Below are positions 39,274-49,189 of a stretch of DNA of 64,000 nt, piece by piece (positions within the stretch are counted from its first letter, which is position 1; each line of letters begins with the position of its first letter). The DNA lies in NCBI GenBank assembly GCA_965202805.1, contig OZ241869.1:3136001-3200000 (forward strand), read 5' to 3'. The translations under genes and the position numbers were made by a program. The notes under the pieces were generated by a model. It did not search any database and was not told where the DNA came from. It saw nothing but the letters and a program-made list of their open reading frames with translations. Origin of the DNA: Longimicrobiales bacterium. Its GTDB lineage: Bacteria; Gemmatimonadota; Gemmatimonadetes; Longimicrobiales; Gaopeijiaceae.

Positions 39274-40643
39274 GCGGACCTTCTCCTTCGGGTGTGGTTG
39301 TCGATGCCCCGCGCGACCTGAATCAGATCCACTGGACTGGCGGCGAGACCCCGGCGGATGAGCCGCAGAGCCCGGAGCCGCCCGGTCCGCTTCTCCAGGC
39401 GCGCCAGCAGCCGCTCGGCTTCCGCGAGGTCACGGGGAGGTGGGAGATGCGCGGCGCGGGCGAGTCGTCCGAGCATGAGGACGGCCGCCGTCTCGCGGGC
39501 CTGCGCGCTCTCGTATACGGCCGCGAGTGCCGTCACGTGTTCGAGCGCGGATCGTCCTGGTCCGCCGGCCGGGGCCAGCGGCGCCCCGAAGCGGAGCCCG
39601 GCGCAGAGGAATGCAAGAAGGACGACCGCACCCAGGTGAAGCGACGCCCGGCCGACGGGCGTGCCGATCAGGAAGTCCATGGTGGCGCGCGCGGGAGAGC
39701 GCGATGCCCCCAGCCCCTGGCTGAACTCGTCGAAAAAGACGGAATCCCCCGGGTTCGTCCAGGCGATGGCCGCGCGCACCGCGAGCACGGCCAGGGGCGC
39801 CTCGCCGGCGAAGCCGTTCGAGAGCGGTTGGGCGTCGGCGAAACTGATGATGCGCCCCTCGCGCAGGGGAATCGAGACGACGACCGCCCAGCGCTGGCCG
39901 GCCGAGTCGGGGGCGGAAAGAAGCAGGGGATCATGTGTCACGGGAGGAGGTCCCGGCCTTTCGCCCCCGTCCGCTTCGTCCTCCGCCTGGCCGCCCTCTT
40001 CGTTCTCGTCGGAGGCCGTGTCGGGCGCGATCACGTAGCGCGCCGCGCCGGCCGTCGGCAGCCCTGCGGTGAGGGGGTGGTCCCCGCTCCAGATCGGGCC
40101 GTCGTCGAGTTCCGGATCCGGCGGCGTGCCCGGTGCCTCTTCCCCGGCGTCCCCCTCTTCCGGGAGCGTGCGGCGCACCAGCCCAAGCGAGTCCAGGATG
40201 GGCGACGCGGGGCGAGGCGCGTGGATGAGGGTGCCCCCGCCTCGCACCCACTCCAGCAGCTCGTGGACCTCGCGCGGGCTCGGGCGCCGCACCGGCTGGA
40301 ACATGACCAGGGTCCCGCGCAGGGGCTCTGCGTCGACGAGCGGCGTCACCCGGGTCGCGGTGGGAGGTCCCAGGCGCGCGATCGCGCGATACAGCCCCGC
40401 GACCCCGTCGGGCGTGGCGCGCAGAGCGCTGCGGCGGACGTCCCCGGCGGTAGAGCCCGAGGGGCGCAGCGCGAACGCCGTCAGCGCGAGGAGCAGCGTG
40501 ACGACCGCGATCCCCGCCAGAACGCCCCATCCCGCTCCGGGGGAAGTGGACTCCCGCGTCGCCCGTTCTCGGCGCAAGGTCGTCCCCGCTCGTGGCCGAG
40601 CCCGCTCCGGGGTCACCTGCCCGCGCCCCGGCGCACGTCGCAC
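39270..40643 (-). CDS. DUF4350-like membrane protein
   Basis: N-terminal TM, PDGVAGL, LLEWVRGGGTL, VFFDE, RFG, EHVTALAAVY; MoxR-cluster context; start uncertain. Confidence 0.72.
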   Translation of the reverse strand: MRRAPGRGQVTPERARPRAGTTLRRERATRESTSPGAGWGVLAGIAVVTLLLALTAFALRPSGSTAGDVRRSALRATPDGVAGLYRAIARLGPPTATRVTPLVDAEPLRGTLVMFQPVRRPSPREVHELLEWVRGGGTLIHAPRPASPILDSLGLVRRTLPEEGDAGEEAPGTPPDPELDDGPIWSGDHPLTAGLPTAGAARYVIAPDTASDENEEGGQAEDEADGGERPGPPPVTHDPLLLSAPDSAGQRWAVVVSIPLREGRIISFADAQPLSNGFAGEAPLAVLAVRAAIAWTNPGDSVFFDEFSQGLGASRSPARATMDFLIGTPVGRASLHLGAVVLLAFLCAGLRFGAPLAPAGGPGRSALEHVTALAAVYESAQARETAAVLMLGRLARAAHLPPPRDLAEAERLLARLEKRTGRLRALRLIRRGLAASPVDLIQVARGIDNHTRRRRSA

Positions 40644-41254
40644 CCCACCTGTCCGGCCAGGTGCTCGAGACCGCGGTATCCGGCGGAATCAGGGGTTTCC
40701 TGGCCGAACGCGAGTTCCTGAAAGGAGCGGATGAAGCGGGTGATGTCGGCCTTCTCGCGTTCGTCGACGATCCCGCCCCCCGCAGCCTCCAGCGCATACT
40801 CCCCGGGGGTCTTGGACGGGTGGAAATCCACCGCGCCCCGGCGCTCCAGGGTGAGGACGAAACCCTGATACAATGCGGTGGCGGCGCGGCGGTACTCGGA
40901 TGCCCGTGCTCTCCCCGCGGCGATGCGAAGCCAGTCCCGCGCCGTGCGGCGTTCGTCGGGCACCGCGTCCGGATCCCGGCGCGCCGATGGGGGATCCGTC
41001 TTCGGCAGCGACCGCAGAACTGCGAAGACGACGGCGCCGAGGCAGACGGTCGCGATGAGCACCGTCAGCAGTTCCTCCTGCGTTTCGGAAATCCCCGGGA
41101 ACATGCCGCGGACCCAGTCCCAGAACCGGATCCACAGCTCGGTGAGCACCCGTTTCAGCAACCCGCTTTCGAAGGCCCGAAAGTCCGGCTCACCGAGGAC
41201 GTCCGCGAGCGTTCGCGACACCTCCTCGGCGGAAGGCAGGTGCTCCTGGGACAC
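40613..41254 (-). CDS. DUF4129-like membrane protein
   Basis: TM followed by YRRAATALY...SKTPGEY...FQELAFG; MoxR-cluster context. Confidence 0.72.
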   Translation of the reverse strand: MSQEHLPSAEEVSRTLADVLGEPDFRAFESGLLKRVLTELWIRFWDWVRGMFPGISETQEELLTVLIATVCLGAVVFAVLRSLPKTDPPSARRDPDAVPDERRTARDWLRIAAGRARASEYRRAATALYQGFVLTLERRGAVDFHPSKTPGEYALEAAGGGIVDEREKADITRFIRSFQELAFGQETPDSAGYRGLEHLAGQVGCDVRRGAGR

Positions 41255-42142
41255 TCAGCCCGCCATCGCGCGTGCCGCGGCCTCGAGGTCCGTCCCTTCG
41301 CTCCGCGCCTTCAGGTCCGTGAAGAGCACCATGGCGCACGCCATCAACAGAGGTGTGGTCACGGACTGAAAGCCCAGCGCGACGGTCTGAATGACCCAGT
41401 ACCGGATCAGGCCGATGGTCTGCGCCGGATTGGCCGCGAACAGATCTCCCATCGAGCCCGCGAGGGAGTAGGCGGCCAGCCCGGGCATGAAGCCGATGAA
41501 CCAGGTCACGACGACGACGAAGAAGGTCCGCATGCGACTGCCACGCACCAGCCTGAAGGATCGGCGCAAACCGGAGAACGGCCCGCGCCCTTCGACCACG
41601 GTGGCGGGCACCAGCATGAAGGTGTGGGTCGCCCACCATCCCACGACCGCCACGCCCATGGCAAGCATCACGATTGCCGTGATGATGGCCCCCGCGACAG
41701 AGGCGCCGCGCGTTGCGAACGTAACGAGTCCTACCATGGGCAAGGTCACCACGACGATCACGGCGGCCAGCAGCAACAGGGCCAAAGACCCGGCGGCCAG
41801 CAGCCGGGGAAGGGCAGTGAGCGCCCGCGCGTAGCTGCTCCCGATCGAGGCCGGCGCGTCGCCCATCCGGGCGTCCATGGCCGTCGCGAGTGCCGCCCAG
41901 GTCAGCAGCGAGAACACCATGCCGACGGCCAGGAGTCCGAAGAACGGCAGCATCACGCCAGGGTCGGCCACGATGGCCTCCGGATCGATTTCGGACATGG
42001 TCGGGATCACCGTCGCCACCATTGCCGGCACCAGACCGACGAGGGCGAGCGGCATGTAGAGCCGATAGTCGCGCCGGAAGAGTCCGAAGCCGAGGTCGAG
42101 AACCTCCCCGAAATCCAGAGGTCGCAACGGGATCGCGGACAT
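41255..42142 (-). CDS. Polytopic membrane protein of the MoxR/RDD cluster
   Basis: LRPLDFGEVLDLGFGLFR N-terminus, about 6 TMs, GLRRSFRLVRG, DLKARSEG.DL C-terminus. Confidence 0.75.
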   Translation of the reverse strand: MSAIPLRPLDFGEVLDLGFGLFRRDYRLYMPLALVGLVPAMVATVIPTMSEIDPEAIVADPGVMLPFFGLLAVGMVFSLLTWAALATAMDARMGDAPASIGSSYARALTALPRLLAAGSLALLLLAAVIVVVTLPMVGLVTFATRGASVAGAIITAIVMLAMGVAVVGWWATHTFMLVPATVVEGRGPFSGLRRSFRLVRGSRMRTFFVVVVTWFIGFMPGLAAYSLAGSMGDLFAANPAQTIGLIRYWVIQTVALGFQSVTTPLLMACAMVLFTDLKARSEGTDLEAAARAMAG

Positions 42143-42257
42143 TGCCTGCTCCTGTGTGGTTCCTGCCTGCGCGCGAGGTCCGCGCAGGCCCTCGTCGGCC
42201 CCGCCGAATGAAACCCTTCGGGCAATTCCGGGCAAGGAACGGCGTTGGAGCTCTGCG

Positions 42258-44132
42258 CTATCGCGGGTTCGGCCGCCGCTCCCGTCCGTCCCGCCCCCGT
42301 TCCGGCGGTGCGAAGCGAGCCCGCGCCTCCCGAACGATCTCGGCGAACGCCGGGTCGCTGCGCAGGGGATCCCAGGTCGGATCGGTGCGCAGCATCATGA
42401 GCCGGGGGTCCGATGTTTCGAGAGCCTCCCGGAGCTGATCGAGGGCGCCTTCGCTGTCACCGGCCCAGAGGCTGGCCTCGGCGAAAGAGGTGGGCGCAAC
42501 CCGCCGGCCCTCGGCCGCGATGGTGTGCAGCCGGTCGAGCTGCCAGGACCAGTACCCGGCGGCGCCACCGGACGCGACCGCCTGTTCGAGCTGGTCGACA
42601 GCCTCCGCGCCGGGAGCATCCGGCCACCCATAGCTGCTCCAGCGGCGCATGGTCGCCACCGCGGCGGCGACGTCTCCCGCGGACGCGTGCATGCGCGCCA
42701 GCGTCTCCCACGCCGCGCTGGCGTTGGGATGGTCGACGAGCAACGTCTCCAGCACGTCAATGGCCGCGTGGATACGCCCGGTCCCGGCCAGCCGGCGCGC
42801 CACGAATACCTGGCGCCCGGTGTCAGTCCGCGTCGTCTGCAGGATACGGCGGCTCACGGCGTCCTCCAGGCCGCGGCCGATCTCCGTCGTGGCCACGGCC
42901 CAGGCGGTATCCAGCTCGGCCAGCGGCATCCCGCGGGGGTCGGACGCAGAGAGGGGAGGAGCGGGGATGGCCGTGTTCGGCGCGGGGATCTCCAGCGGCA
43001 GATTGCGCTCAAGGAACTGGAGCACGTCACGGGCCTCGGCGGAAGCCGGATCGAGCGCCAGGGCACGGGTTGCTTCCTCGCTTGCCTGCCCGACCTCCCC
43101 GGCATCCAGGAAGCCGTCTTCGATATCGGCCAGAAAGCGCGCTCCGGCCAGCCCCGCGAGTGCCCCGGCGAAGCCCGGGTCGCCGCGCAAGGCCTCCTGA
43201 AAGTACTCTACGGCCCGGCGGTATCCCTCGGGTGTGCCCAGCCCGAACTGGTACCGGCCCCTCAGGTACGCCTCCCGCGCCTGCGGATCGCCGCTCGGCC
43301 CGCTGCCCGCGACCAGCGCGACCTCTTCCTGCTGCGCGAGCCTCCCCGGCATTCCCGATGCCACCGTCATCGCCACTTCGCTCTGGAGCGCGAGCGGGTC
43401 GGCCATTTCACGGTCGAACCGGAAGGTCCGGATGTGCGAGTCGCTCGCGGCGTGGATGAGCTGGAGGGTAATGCGCACCTGGTCCCCTGCGCGGGTCACC
43501 GACCCCTCCACCAGAGCGTCGACGCCGAGTTCACGGCCGATCACCGGCGCTGGCGTGGTGATGCCCTCGTACTGCATCACCGACGTGCGGGAAGCCACCC
43601 GAAGCCAGTCGAGCCGGCTGAGCTGCACCGTCAGCTCTTCCTGCAGGGCGGATGCGAAATAGGCCTGGCCCCCGTCGGGGGAGAAATCGTCCAGAGGCAG
43701 CACGGCGATGGACGTGATAGGCTCGGAGGGATCGTACTCCTCCAGCGCGATGACCTCCTCCCCGTTGCCGGGCGTGAACGCGCCCCTGGCCGAGAGCCAG
43801 CCCGCCAGCCCGCCCGCAATGCCGACGGTGAAGACGAGGAAGACGATGCGGGGAAGCATGCCCTCCAGGCCGCCCCGTGTCCGCCGGATGCCCTCCCTGG
43901 TGAACTCGAAGATCCAGGCGAGCGCAATCCCGGGCGGGAAACCCAGCACGACGAGAACGACCAGGATGCGCAATCCGGTGTCGCCCAGACCGAAGGCCGG
44001 AAGGACGATCTCGCCCAGCTGGAGGAGCACGAAGGCGGCGGCGCAATACCCCAGGGCGAAGCGCACGACGCGCCTGCGCCGCATCTCGGCGACGAAGTCC
44101 GCGAAGGCGAATCGACGCTCGAGCTCGCTCAT
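42258..44132 (-). CDS. Membrane-anchored TolB-like/TPR protein
   Basis: EMRRRRV...LGFP...LAWIFE TM module, SIAVLPLDD, VASRTS, VEGSV, AREAYLRGR, DPTWDPLRSDPAF. Confidence 0.8.
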   Translation of the reverse strand: MSELERRFAFADFVAEMRRRRVVRFALGYCAAAFVLLQLGEIVLPAFGLGDTGLRILVVLVVLGFPPGIALAWIFEFTREGIRRTRGGLEGMLPRIVFLVFTVGIAGGLAGWLSARGAFTPGNGEEVIALEEYDPSEPITSIAVLPLDDFSPDGGQAYFASALQEELTVQLSRLDWLRVASRTSVMQYEGITTPAPVIGRELGVDALVEGSVTRAGDQVRITLQLIHAASDSHIRTFRFDREMADPLALQSEVAMTVASGMPGRLAQQEEVALVAGSGPSGDPQAREAYLRGRYQFGLGTPEGYRRAVEYFQEALRGDPGFAGALAGLAGARFLADIEDGFLDAGEVGQASEEATRALALDPASAEARDVLQFLERNLPLEIPAPNTAIPAPPLSASDPRGMPLAELDTAWAVATTEIGRGLEDAVSRRILQTTRTDTGRQVFVARRLAGTGRIHAAIDVLETLLVDHPNASAAWETLARMHASAGDVAAAVATMRRWSSYGWPDAPGAEAVDQLEQAVASGGAAGYWSWQLDRLHTIAAEGRRVAPTSFAEASLWAGDSEGALDQLREALETSDPRLMMLRTDPTWDPLRSDPAFAEIVREARARFAPPERGRDGRERRPNPR

Positions 44133-44192
44133 GGAAACCTCACGCTCGTCCGGCCCGTCGGCGCATCGTCGCGCCCCCGCGGGCAGCCGCCG

Positions 44193-44612
44193 CTACCCGT
44201 CCGCGGGAGCAACATCGGGATCCTCGAAGAGGTGGAGCGCCGACCCTTTAAAGACACGCCCCTTCGCGCGCACGCTGAATCTGTATCTCCCGGGAACCGG
44301 GAACACCACGTTCTCCACCGGCATGATCAGGCAGGTGCGGGCGGGCGGACGATCCGGCGCTCGCCGGTCGACCTGGGTCTCGCCCTCCACCGTCAGGCAC
44401 GGCTTCCTCGAAGGATCGAGCAGGTCGACCCGAAAACGATAGCTGCCCTCGTCGCTCCGGTCCCATTCGATGCCCGCCACGATCACCATCTGGCTCTGGA
44501 CGGCGGGAAACCCGGGCGCGAACAGGTCGTTGAAGGCGCCCTGGACGTCGATCCGGGTTCCGGAAGATGCCTGCCGCGCCGAGTCGCAGGCCAGCGAGAG
44601 ATACAGTTCCAT
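44193..44612 (-). CDS. Hypothetical beta-rich protein (DUF6941-like)
   Basis: MELYLSLACDSA...IDVQGAFNDLFAPGFP...FPVPGRYRF; ATG at 44612. Confidence 0.65.
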   Translation of the reverse strand: MELYLSLACDSARQASSGTRIDVQGAFNDLFAPGFPAVQSQMVIVAGIEWDRSDEGSYRFRVDLLDPSRKPCLTVEGETQVDRRAPDRPPARTCLIMPVENVVFPVPGRYRFSVRAKGRVFKGSALHLFEDPDVAPADG

Positions 44613-44617
44613 CGCGC

Positions 44618-46270
44618 CTACGCTCCGGCGCCGGCCGATCGGTCCGCCGCTTCGCCGGGAGGTCCCCAGCCGCCGCCCCCGGGCGACTGGATGCTGATGA
44701 CGTCCCCCGCCTTCACCTCGAAGGACGCCTTGCCCGGCAGGATCCTCTCCCGGCCGCCGGAAATCAGCGTGTTCACCCCGGGCGCCCCGTCCTCCCCGCC
44801 GCGTGCGCCCGCCGGACCGCGGACACGCCGTTCGCACAGGAGCGTCGAGCCCCCGTCCACCAGCATCATGATATCCCGCCGCAGGCCGTCGCCCCCCCGA
44901 TACCGGCCCCGCCCCCCGCTGCCGCGCCGGAGCGAATAGCGCGTCACCCGGAAGGGATAGGCGTGCTCCAGCGCCTCCACGGGCGTGTTGAGCGAGTTGG
45001 ACATGTGGCAGTGAACCCCGGAGAGCCCGGGTCGGCCCGGACCGGCGCCCATCCCGCCCCCCACCGTCTCGTAGTACGCGAAGCTCTCGCCGCGAAGATC
45101 GACGCCGCCCATGGTGGTGTTGTTCATGGTTCCCTGGCTGAGCGCGGGCACGAGATCCGGCAGCGCCTCCCCGAAGGCGCGCAACAGTGTATCCGTGATC
45201 CGCTGGCTGGCCTCCACGTTGCCCGCGGCGACGCTGGCCGGCAGGCGCGCGTTGACCAGCGAGCCCGGCGGAAGGCGCTGTTCCACGCAGGTCATCGACC
45301 CGCCCCCGGCGGGCAGCTCCTCGCCCAGCAGCCCCTCCACAACGCAGCGCACCACGTAGCGCACAGCGGACGAGGTGATGGCTGCCACGGCGTTGATCCC
45401 GCCCTCGGTCTGGGGCGAGGTGCCCGCGAAGTCGATCACGAGCCCGTCCGGCGACACCTCGAGCGCCACCCGGATGGGCACGGGCCCGTGTCCGAACCCG
45501 TCGTCGTCCATGAAGTCCTCCGCCTCGAAGCGCCCCGCGGGCATGCGCCGGATGCCGGTGAGGAGGAGACGGTCGGCGTAGGCAACGAGCTCGTACATGG
45601 CGCCCAGCACCGCGCCGCTCCCCCGCCGCTCCACCAGGTCGAGCAGCCGGATCTGTCCCGTGTAGAGCGCCGCGATCTGCGCGTGCAGATCGCCCGCCCG
45701 CTCCACCGGGGTGCGCACGTTGGCCAGGATGGTGTCCCACAGCCCCTGCCGCCGCTTGCCGCGCACGAAGAGCCGCACGGGAGGGATGCGCAGCCCCTCC
45801 TGATAGATCTCCCGGGCCAGCGGCATCGATCCCGGGGTCATCCCGCCGACATCGGAGTGGTGCGCCCGCGAGGCGACGTAGCCCAGCAGCACGGCGTCGG
45901 ACCGGGAATACACCGGCGCGATGAGGGTGATGTCGGGGAGATGAGTCCCTCCCCGGAAGGGATCGTTGAGGCAGGCGACGTCACCCTCGGCGAGGGTGCC
46001 CAGCTCCGCAAGCGCCGCCCCGACGCTCATCGGCATGGCTCCGAGATGCACCGGCATGTGGTCTCCGAGCGCGACCGCGACGCCGTCCGGCGTGAAGAGC
46101 GCGCACGAGTAGTCGCGCCGCTCCTTGATGTTGGGAGAGAAGGAGGAACGCCGCAGCGCGGCCCCCATCTCCTCCGTAAGGGCCGCAAAAAGCTGCCGGA
46201 AGATTTCGAGCGTCACCGCGTCCGGGCGAACGCCGGAGATGCCGCGCGGATTTGCACCGCCCGGGGTCAC
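44618..46270 (-). CDS. Hydantoinase B/5-oxoprolinase subunit
   Basis: EEMGAALRRSSFSPNIKERRDYSCA, HMPVHLG, NDPFRGGTHLPD, HHSDVGG, YYETVGGG, NTPVE, PGGGGWG; start uncertain (46270 GTG or up to 46330). Confidence 0.9.
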   Translation of the reverse strand: MTPGGANPRGISGVRPDAVTLEIFRQLFAALTEEMGAALRRSSFSPNIKERRDYSCALFTPDGVAVALGDHMPVHLGAMPMSVGAALAELGTLAEGDVACLNDPFRGGTHLPDITLIAPVYSRSDAVLLGYVASRAHHSDVGGMTPGSMPLAREIYQEGLRIPPVRLFVRGKRRQGLWDTILANVRTPVERAGDLHAQIAALYTGQIRLLDLVERRGSGAVLGAMYELVAYADRLLLTGIRRMPAGRFEAEDFMDDDGFGHGPVPIRVALEVSPDGLVIDFAGTSPQTEGGINAVAAITSSAVRYVVRCVVEGLLGEELPAGGGSMTCVEQRLPPGSLVNARLPASVAAGNVEASQRITDTLLRAFGEALPDLVPALSQGTMNNTTMGGVDLRGESFAYYETVGGGMGAGPGRPGLSGVHCHMSNSLNTPVEALEHAYPFRVTRYSLRRGSGGRGRYRGGDGLRRDIMMLVDGGSTLLCERRVRGPAGARGGEDGAPGVNTLISGGRERILPGKASFEVKAGDVISIQSPGGGGWGPPGEAADRSAGAGA

Positions 46271-46328
46271 AGCGTAACCTTGCTGGGCTTTTCCGCCGGC
46301 TTCCGAGTCGCCGGCGATGTCGTCATGC

Positions 46329-46616
46329 ATGGCAACGGAGGTGAAATTGTCGGATTCGAAGCTCCTGGATCGAGCCAGGGATGAACTTTTCAGTCACATC
46401 AACCGGTGTGGCGTGGTCGATGCCAGCGAGGCCGACCAGAGCGAGTGGATGAACGATACCATCGATTACCTCGCGGAACGCTATCCGACGCTCGCGGCAC
46501 ACGAACTACGCTTCCTGCATGCCGTCGGCATGCGCTTCTGTCAGCCCGCCATCGCCCGCGGCGCCGCCACCATCAGCACGGCCGGAAACTCCGCCGCTCC
46601 CGCCGGCCAGGAGTAG
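46329..46616 (+). CDS. Small hypothetical helical protein
   Basis: LLDRARDELFSHINRCGV...WMNDTIDYLAERYP...GMRFCQP, protein-like composition. Confidence 0.65.
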   Translation: MATEVKLSDSKLLDRARDELFSHINRCGVVDASEADQSEWMNDTIDYLAERYPTLAAHELRFLHAVGMRFCQPAIARGAATISTAGNSAAPAGQE

Positions 46617-46850
46617 TCGGGCGCCCGAGAATACCGCAGCCCGGCGCACCGGCGCAAATCTGTGCCGGTTCTCATCCAACCCGCACAACCATGCCGCGCA
46701 CAGTTCCGGCGGGACACCCCGGGAGTCTGGTTGCCGTATGGGCGCAAGGTTAGATTTGGCCACGCTCGCGCACGCGAAACTACAGGTATGCAGGTCGGCC
46801 ATCCTGCGGGCAGCCGGGTAGCGCCCCACATCTCCAACAGGAGGATGCGG

Positions 46851-47969
46851 ATGATGCAAGAGCGGTTCCTGAGCTCTGAAGAATACGATGAAGAAGCCTA
46901 CAAGCTGTATGATGAAGGCGATTACGAAGGGGCCCTCGAGATGTTGAAAGAGGGCCTTTCCTTATATCCCAATGCCGTGGAACTGTACGTCGGCATGGGA
47001 TACGCGCGGCTCGCACGCGAGGAATATGCCTGGGCCCGCGAGAGCTTCCAGTACGCCCTGATCCTGGATCCCGATCACGAGGACGCCCTGGTCGGCATGG
47101 GAGAGCTCCTCCTCCGGTTCGGCAAGACGGAACGCGCACTCCGGCTCTTCAGAAGGGTGGAGGCCCTCGGCTACGACACCGACCTCGACCTCATGCTGAC
47201 GATGGGCCGGGCGCTGTTCGGCGCGGGCCTCTACGTGGAGGCGCGCGATGCGTTCGCGAGACTTGTGGCAGCCAGGCCGGAATCGGCCGAGGCGGTCGCG
47301 GCGCTCGGGTACGCGCTTCAGCGCACCGGTAACGAGCTCGAGGCGACCCGCCACATCCGGCGTGCGCTGCGGCTGGCCCCGGAACTGCATGAGGCCCGCA
47401 TCTTCCTGGGTCATATTCTGTATGATCGCGCCGACCGCGAAGGGGCGATGCGGGAGTTCGAGCAGGTGCCGCCGTCCGAGCACTGGGACTCTCGGGCGGT
47501 GTGGCGCGTGATCGAACTGAACGCCTCCCTGAGGGGCATTCCGGTGGGCGATGCGCGCATGGAACCCTGGCAGACCCGGCTTCGGGAACTGGAGCACCTG
47601 TCGGATCCGCTCGACCGTTTGCTGGCCGAAGTGGAGGCGCAGGCTTCGGGCATCGCCGAGTCCGCGACGGACCACCAGCAGCTTGAGCTGTTCGAAGGTG
47701 CGTCGCCCGGGGACCCGGAAGCGCACCAGGTCCGTAACCGCGAAGGCCGGCCCTTCCGCGGAACCTGGCACGAGATCGTGCGCCAGATGCGCGACGACGC
47801 GGGGTTCTCGCACGAAACCGTTTCCCACTACATGCGGCGCCTCTCCGAGCGCTGGCGGGAGCAGTTCGGCCTGGAAGTCCCGATCGTGGATCCGGAGAGC
47901 TTTCTGACCGCGGCCATCCGGGCCGGGCTGATGCAGCGCGTCGACGACGATCCCGCCCCGCCCGAATGA
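46851..47969 (+). CDS. Tetratricopeptide repeat protein
   Basis: SD AGGAGG; several TPR units (YPNAVELY, LDPDHEDAL, RPESAEA, APELHEA) plus a C-terminal small domain. Confidence 0.85.
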   Translation: MMQERFLSSEEYDEEAYKLYDEGDYEGALEMLKEGLSLYPNAVELYVGMGYARLAREEYAWARESFQYALILDPDHEDALVGMGELLLRFGKTERALRLFRRVEALGYDTDLDLMLTMGRALFGAGLYVEARDAFARLVAARPESAEAVAALGYALQRTGNELEATRHIRRALRLAPELHEARIFLGHILYDRADREGAMREFEQVPPSEHWDSRAVWRVIELNASLRGIPVGDARMEPWQTRLRELEHLSDPLDRLLAEVEAQASGIAESATDHQQLELFEGASPGDPEAHQVRNREGRPFRGTWHEIVRQMRDDAGFSHETVSHYMRRLSERWREQFGLEVPIVDPESFLTAAIRAGLMQRVDDDPAPPE

Positions 47970-49090
47970 CTCCTCGGACCACATCGAAGCTCGCTTCGGG
48001 AGGCGGGTCCGGCGTGCCTGGGGCCGCAGGCGGGACGGCGCGCGTCGCGGTCATTCCCGGAGACGGCATCGGGATCGAGGTCACGGGGGAGGCGGTGCGC
48101 TGCTATCGGGCGGCGGCCGATCTGCACGGCGCCGAGGTCGACTTCGTCCACTGGGAGCTGGGCGCCGAACGTTTCCTGCGCGACGGTGTGACCATCACCG
48201 ACGACGAGATCCGCCGGCTTGCGGACAACTACGACGCCATTCTGCTGGGTGCCCTGGGCGATCCCCGGGTTCCCGACAACGCCCACATCCGCGACATCCT
48301 CCTGGGACTCCGGTTTCGCCTCGACCTGTACGTGAATTTCCGGCCCTGCGAGCTGCTCGATGCCCGTTACTGCCCGCTGAGGGACATTCCGGCCGGCGGG
48401 ATTCACATCGACATCTTTCGCGAGAGTACCGAGGGCGCCTACGTGAACATGGGCGGCCACTTCAAGAAGGGTACGCCCGACGAGATCGCCATCCAGGAGG
48501 ATGTGAATACCCGCAAGGGGGTGGAACGCCTGGTGCGCGCCGCCTTCGAGTACGCGCGCGGCGAGGGGAGCCGCCGGGTGACGATGGTCGACAAGGCCAA
48601 TGCGCTCCCGGCCGCGGGCGCCCTGTGGCGCAGGACCTGGGACGACGTGCGCGCCGAGTACGCGGAGATCGAGAGCGACGTCATGCTGGTCGACGCCATG
48701 GCCATGGACCTGGTGCGCCGCCCGGAGCGCTACTCCGTCCTTGTCACGTCAAATCTCTTCGGAGACATCATCAGCGATCTGGCCGCCGAGGTGACCGGGG
48801 GGCTTGGGCTGGCCCCCTCGGGGACCCTGCACCCCGGACGCCATGCCCTGTTCGAGCCCGTGCACGGCTCGGCACCGGATATCGCCGGCACCGGACGGGC
48901 CAACCCGATCGCCGCCGTCCGCTCGGCGGCCCTCATGGCACGCCATCTGGGACACGGCGCGGTCGCCGACGACATCGACCGCGCCGTCCGTCTCGCCCTG
49001 GCGGCGGGCCGGATCACCCCGGACCTGGGGGGCACGCTCTCGACCGTCGAGGCCGGGCGAGCCATACGTGACCGGCTGAGCGGGCCATAG
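47966..49090 (+). CDS. Isocitrate/isopropylmalate dehydrogenase family protein (LeuB/tartrate dehydrogenase-like)
   Basis: IPGDGIG.EV, LRFRLDLYVNFRP, RESTEGAY, DKAN, NLFGDIISDL, FEPVHGSAPDIAG. Confidence 0.88.
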   Translation: MTPRTTSKLASGGGSGVPGAAGGTARVAVIPGDGIGIEVTGEAVRCYRAAADLHGAEVDFVHWELGAERFLRDGVTITDDEIRRLADNYDAILLGALGDPRVPDNAHIRDILLGLRFRLDLYVNFRPCELLDARYCPLRDIPAGGIHIDIFRESTEGAYVNMGGHFKKGTPDEIAIQEDVNTRKGVERLVRAAFEYARGEGSRRVTMVDKANALPAAGALWRRTWDDVRAEYAEIESDVMLVDAMAMDLVRRPERYSVLVTSNLFGDIISDLAAEVTGGLGLAPSGTLHPGRHALFEPVHGSAPDIAGTGRANPIAAVRSAALMARHLGHGAVADDIDRAVRLALAAGRITPDLGGTLSTVEAGRAIRDRLSGP

Positions 49091-49189
49091 CCGGACGCCC
49101 CCGCCGCCGAACCCCCGCCGCCCGGGACGCCACCACAACCCGTTAAGACACCACGAGGGACTGCACATGACCGATCGAGAGAGCCGCAC

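Noticed and set aside
42156..44939. 927-aa plus-strand ORF and many other long antisense or alternate-frame ORFs (e.g. 14912-16936, 16876-18930, 37210-39321, 55840-57642)
   Set aside because: Shadow ORFs of high-GC coding DNA: Arg/Gly/Pro/Ala-rich, no motifs, and they fully overlap well-supported genes
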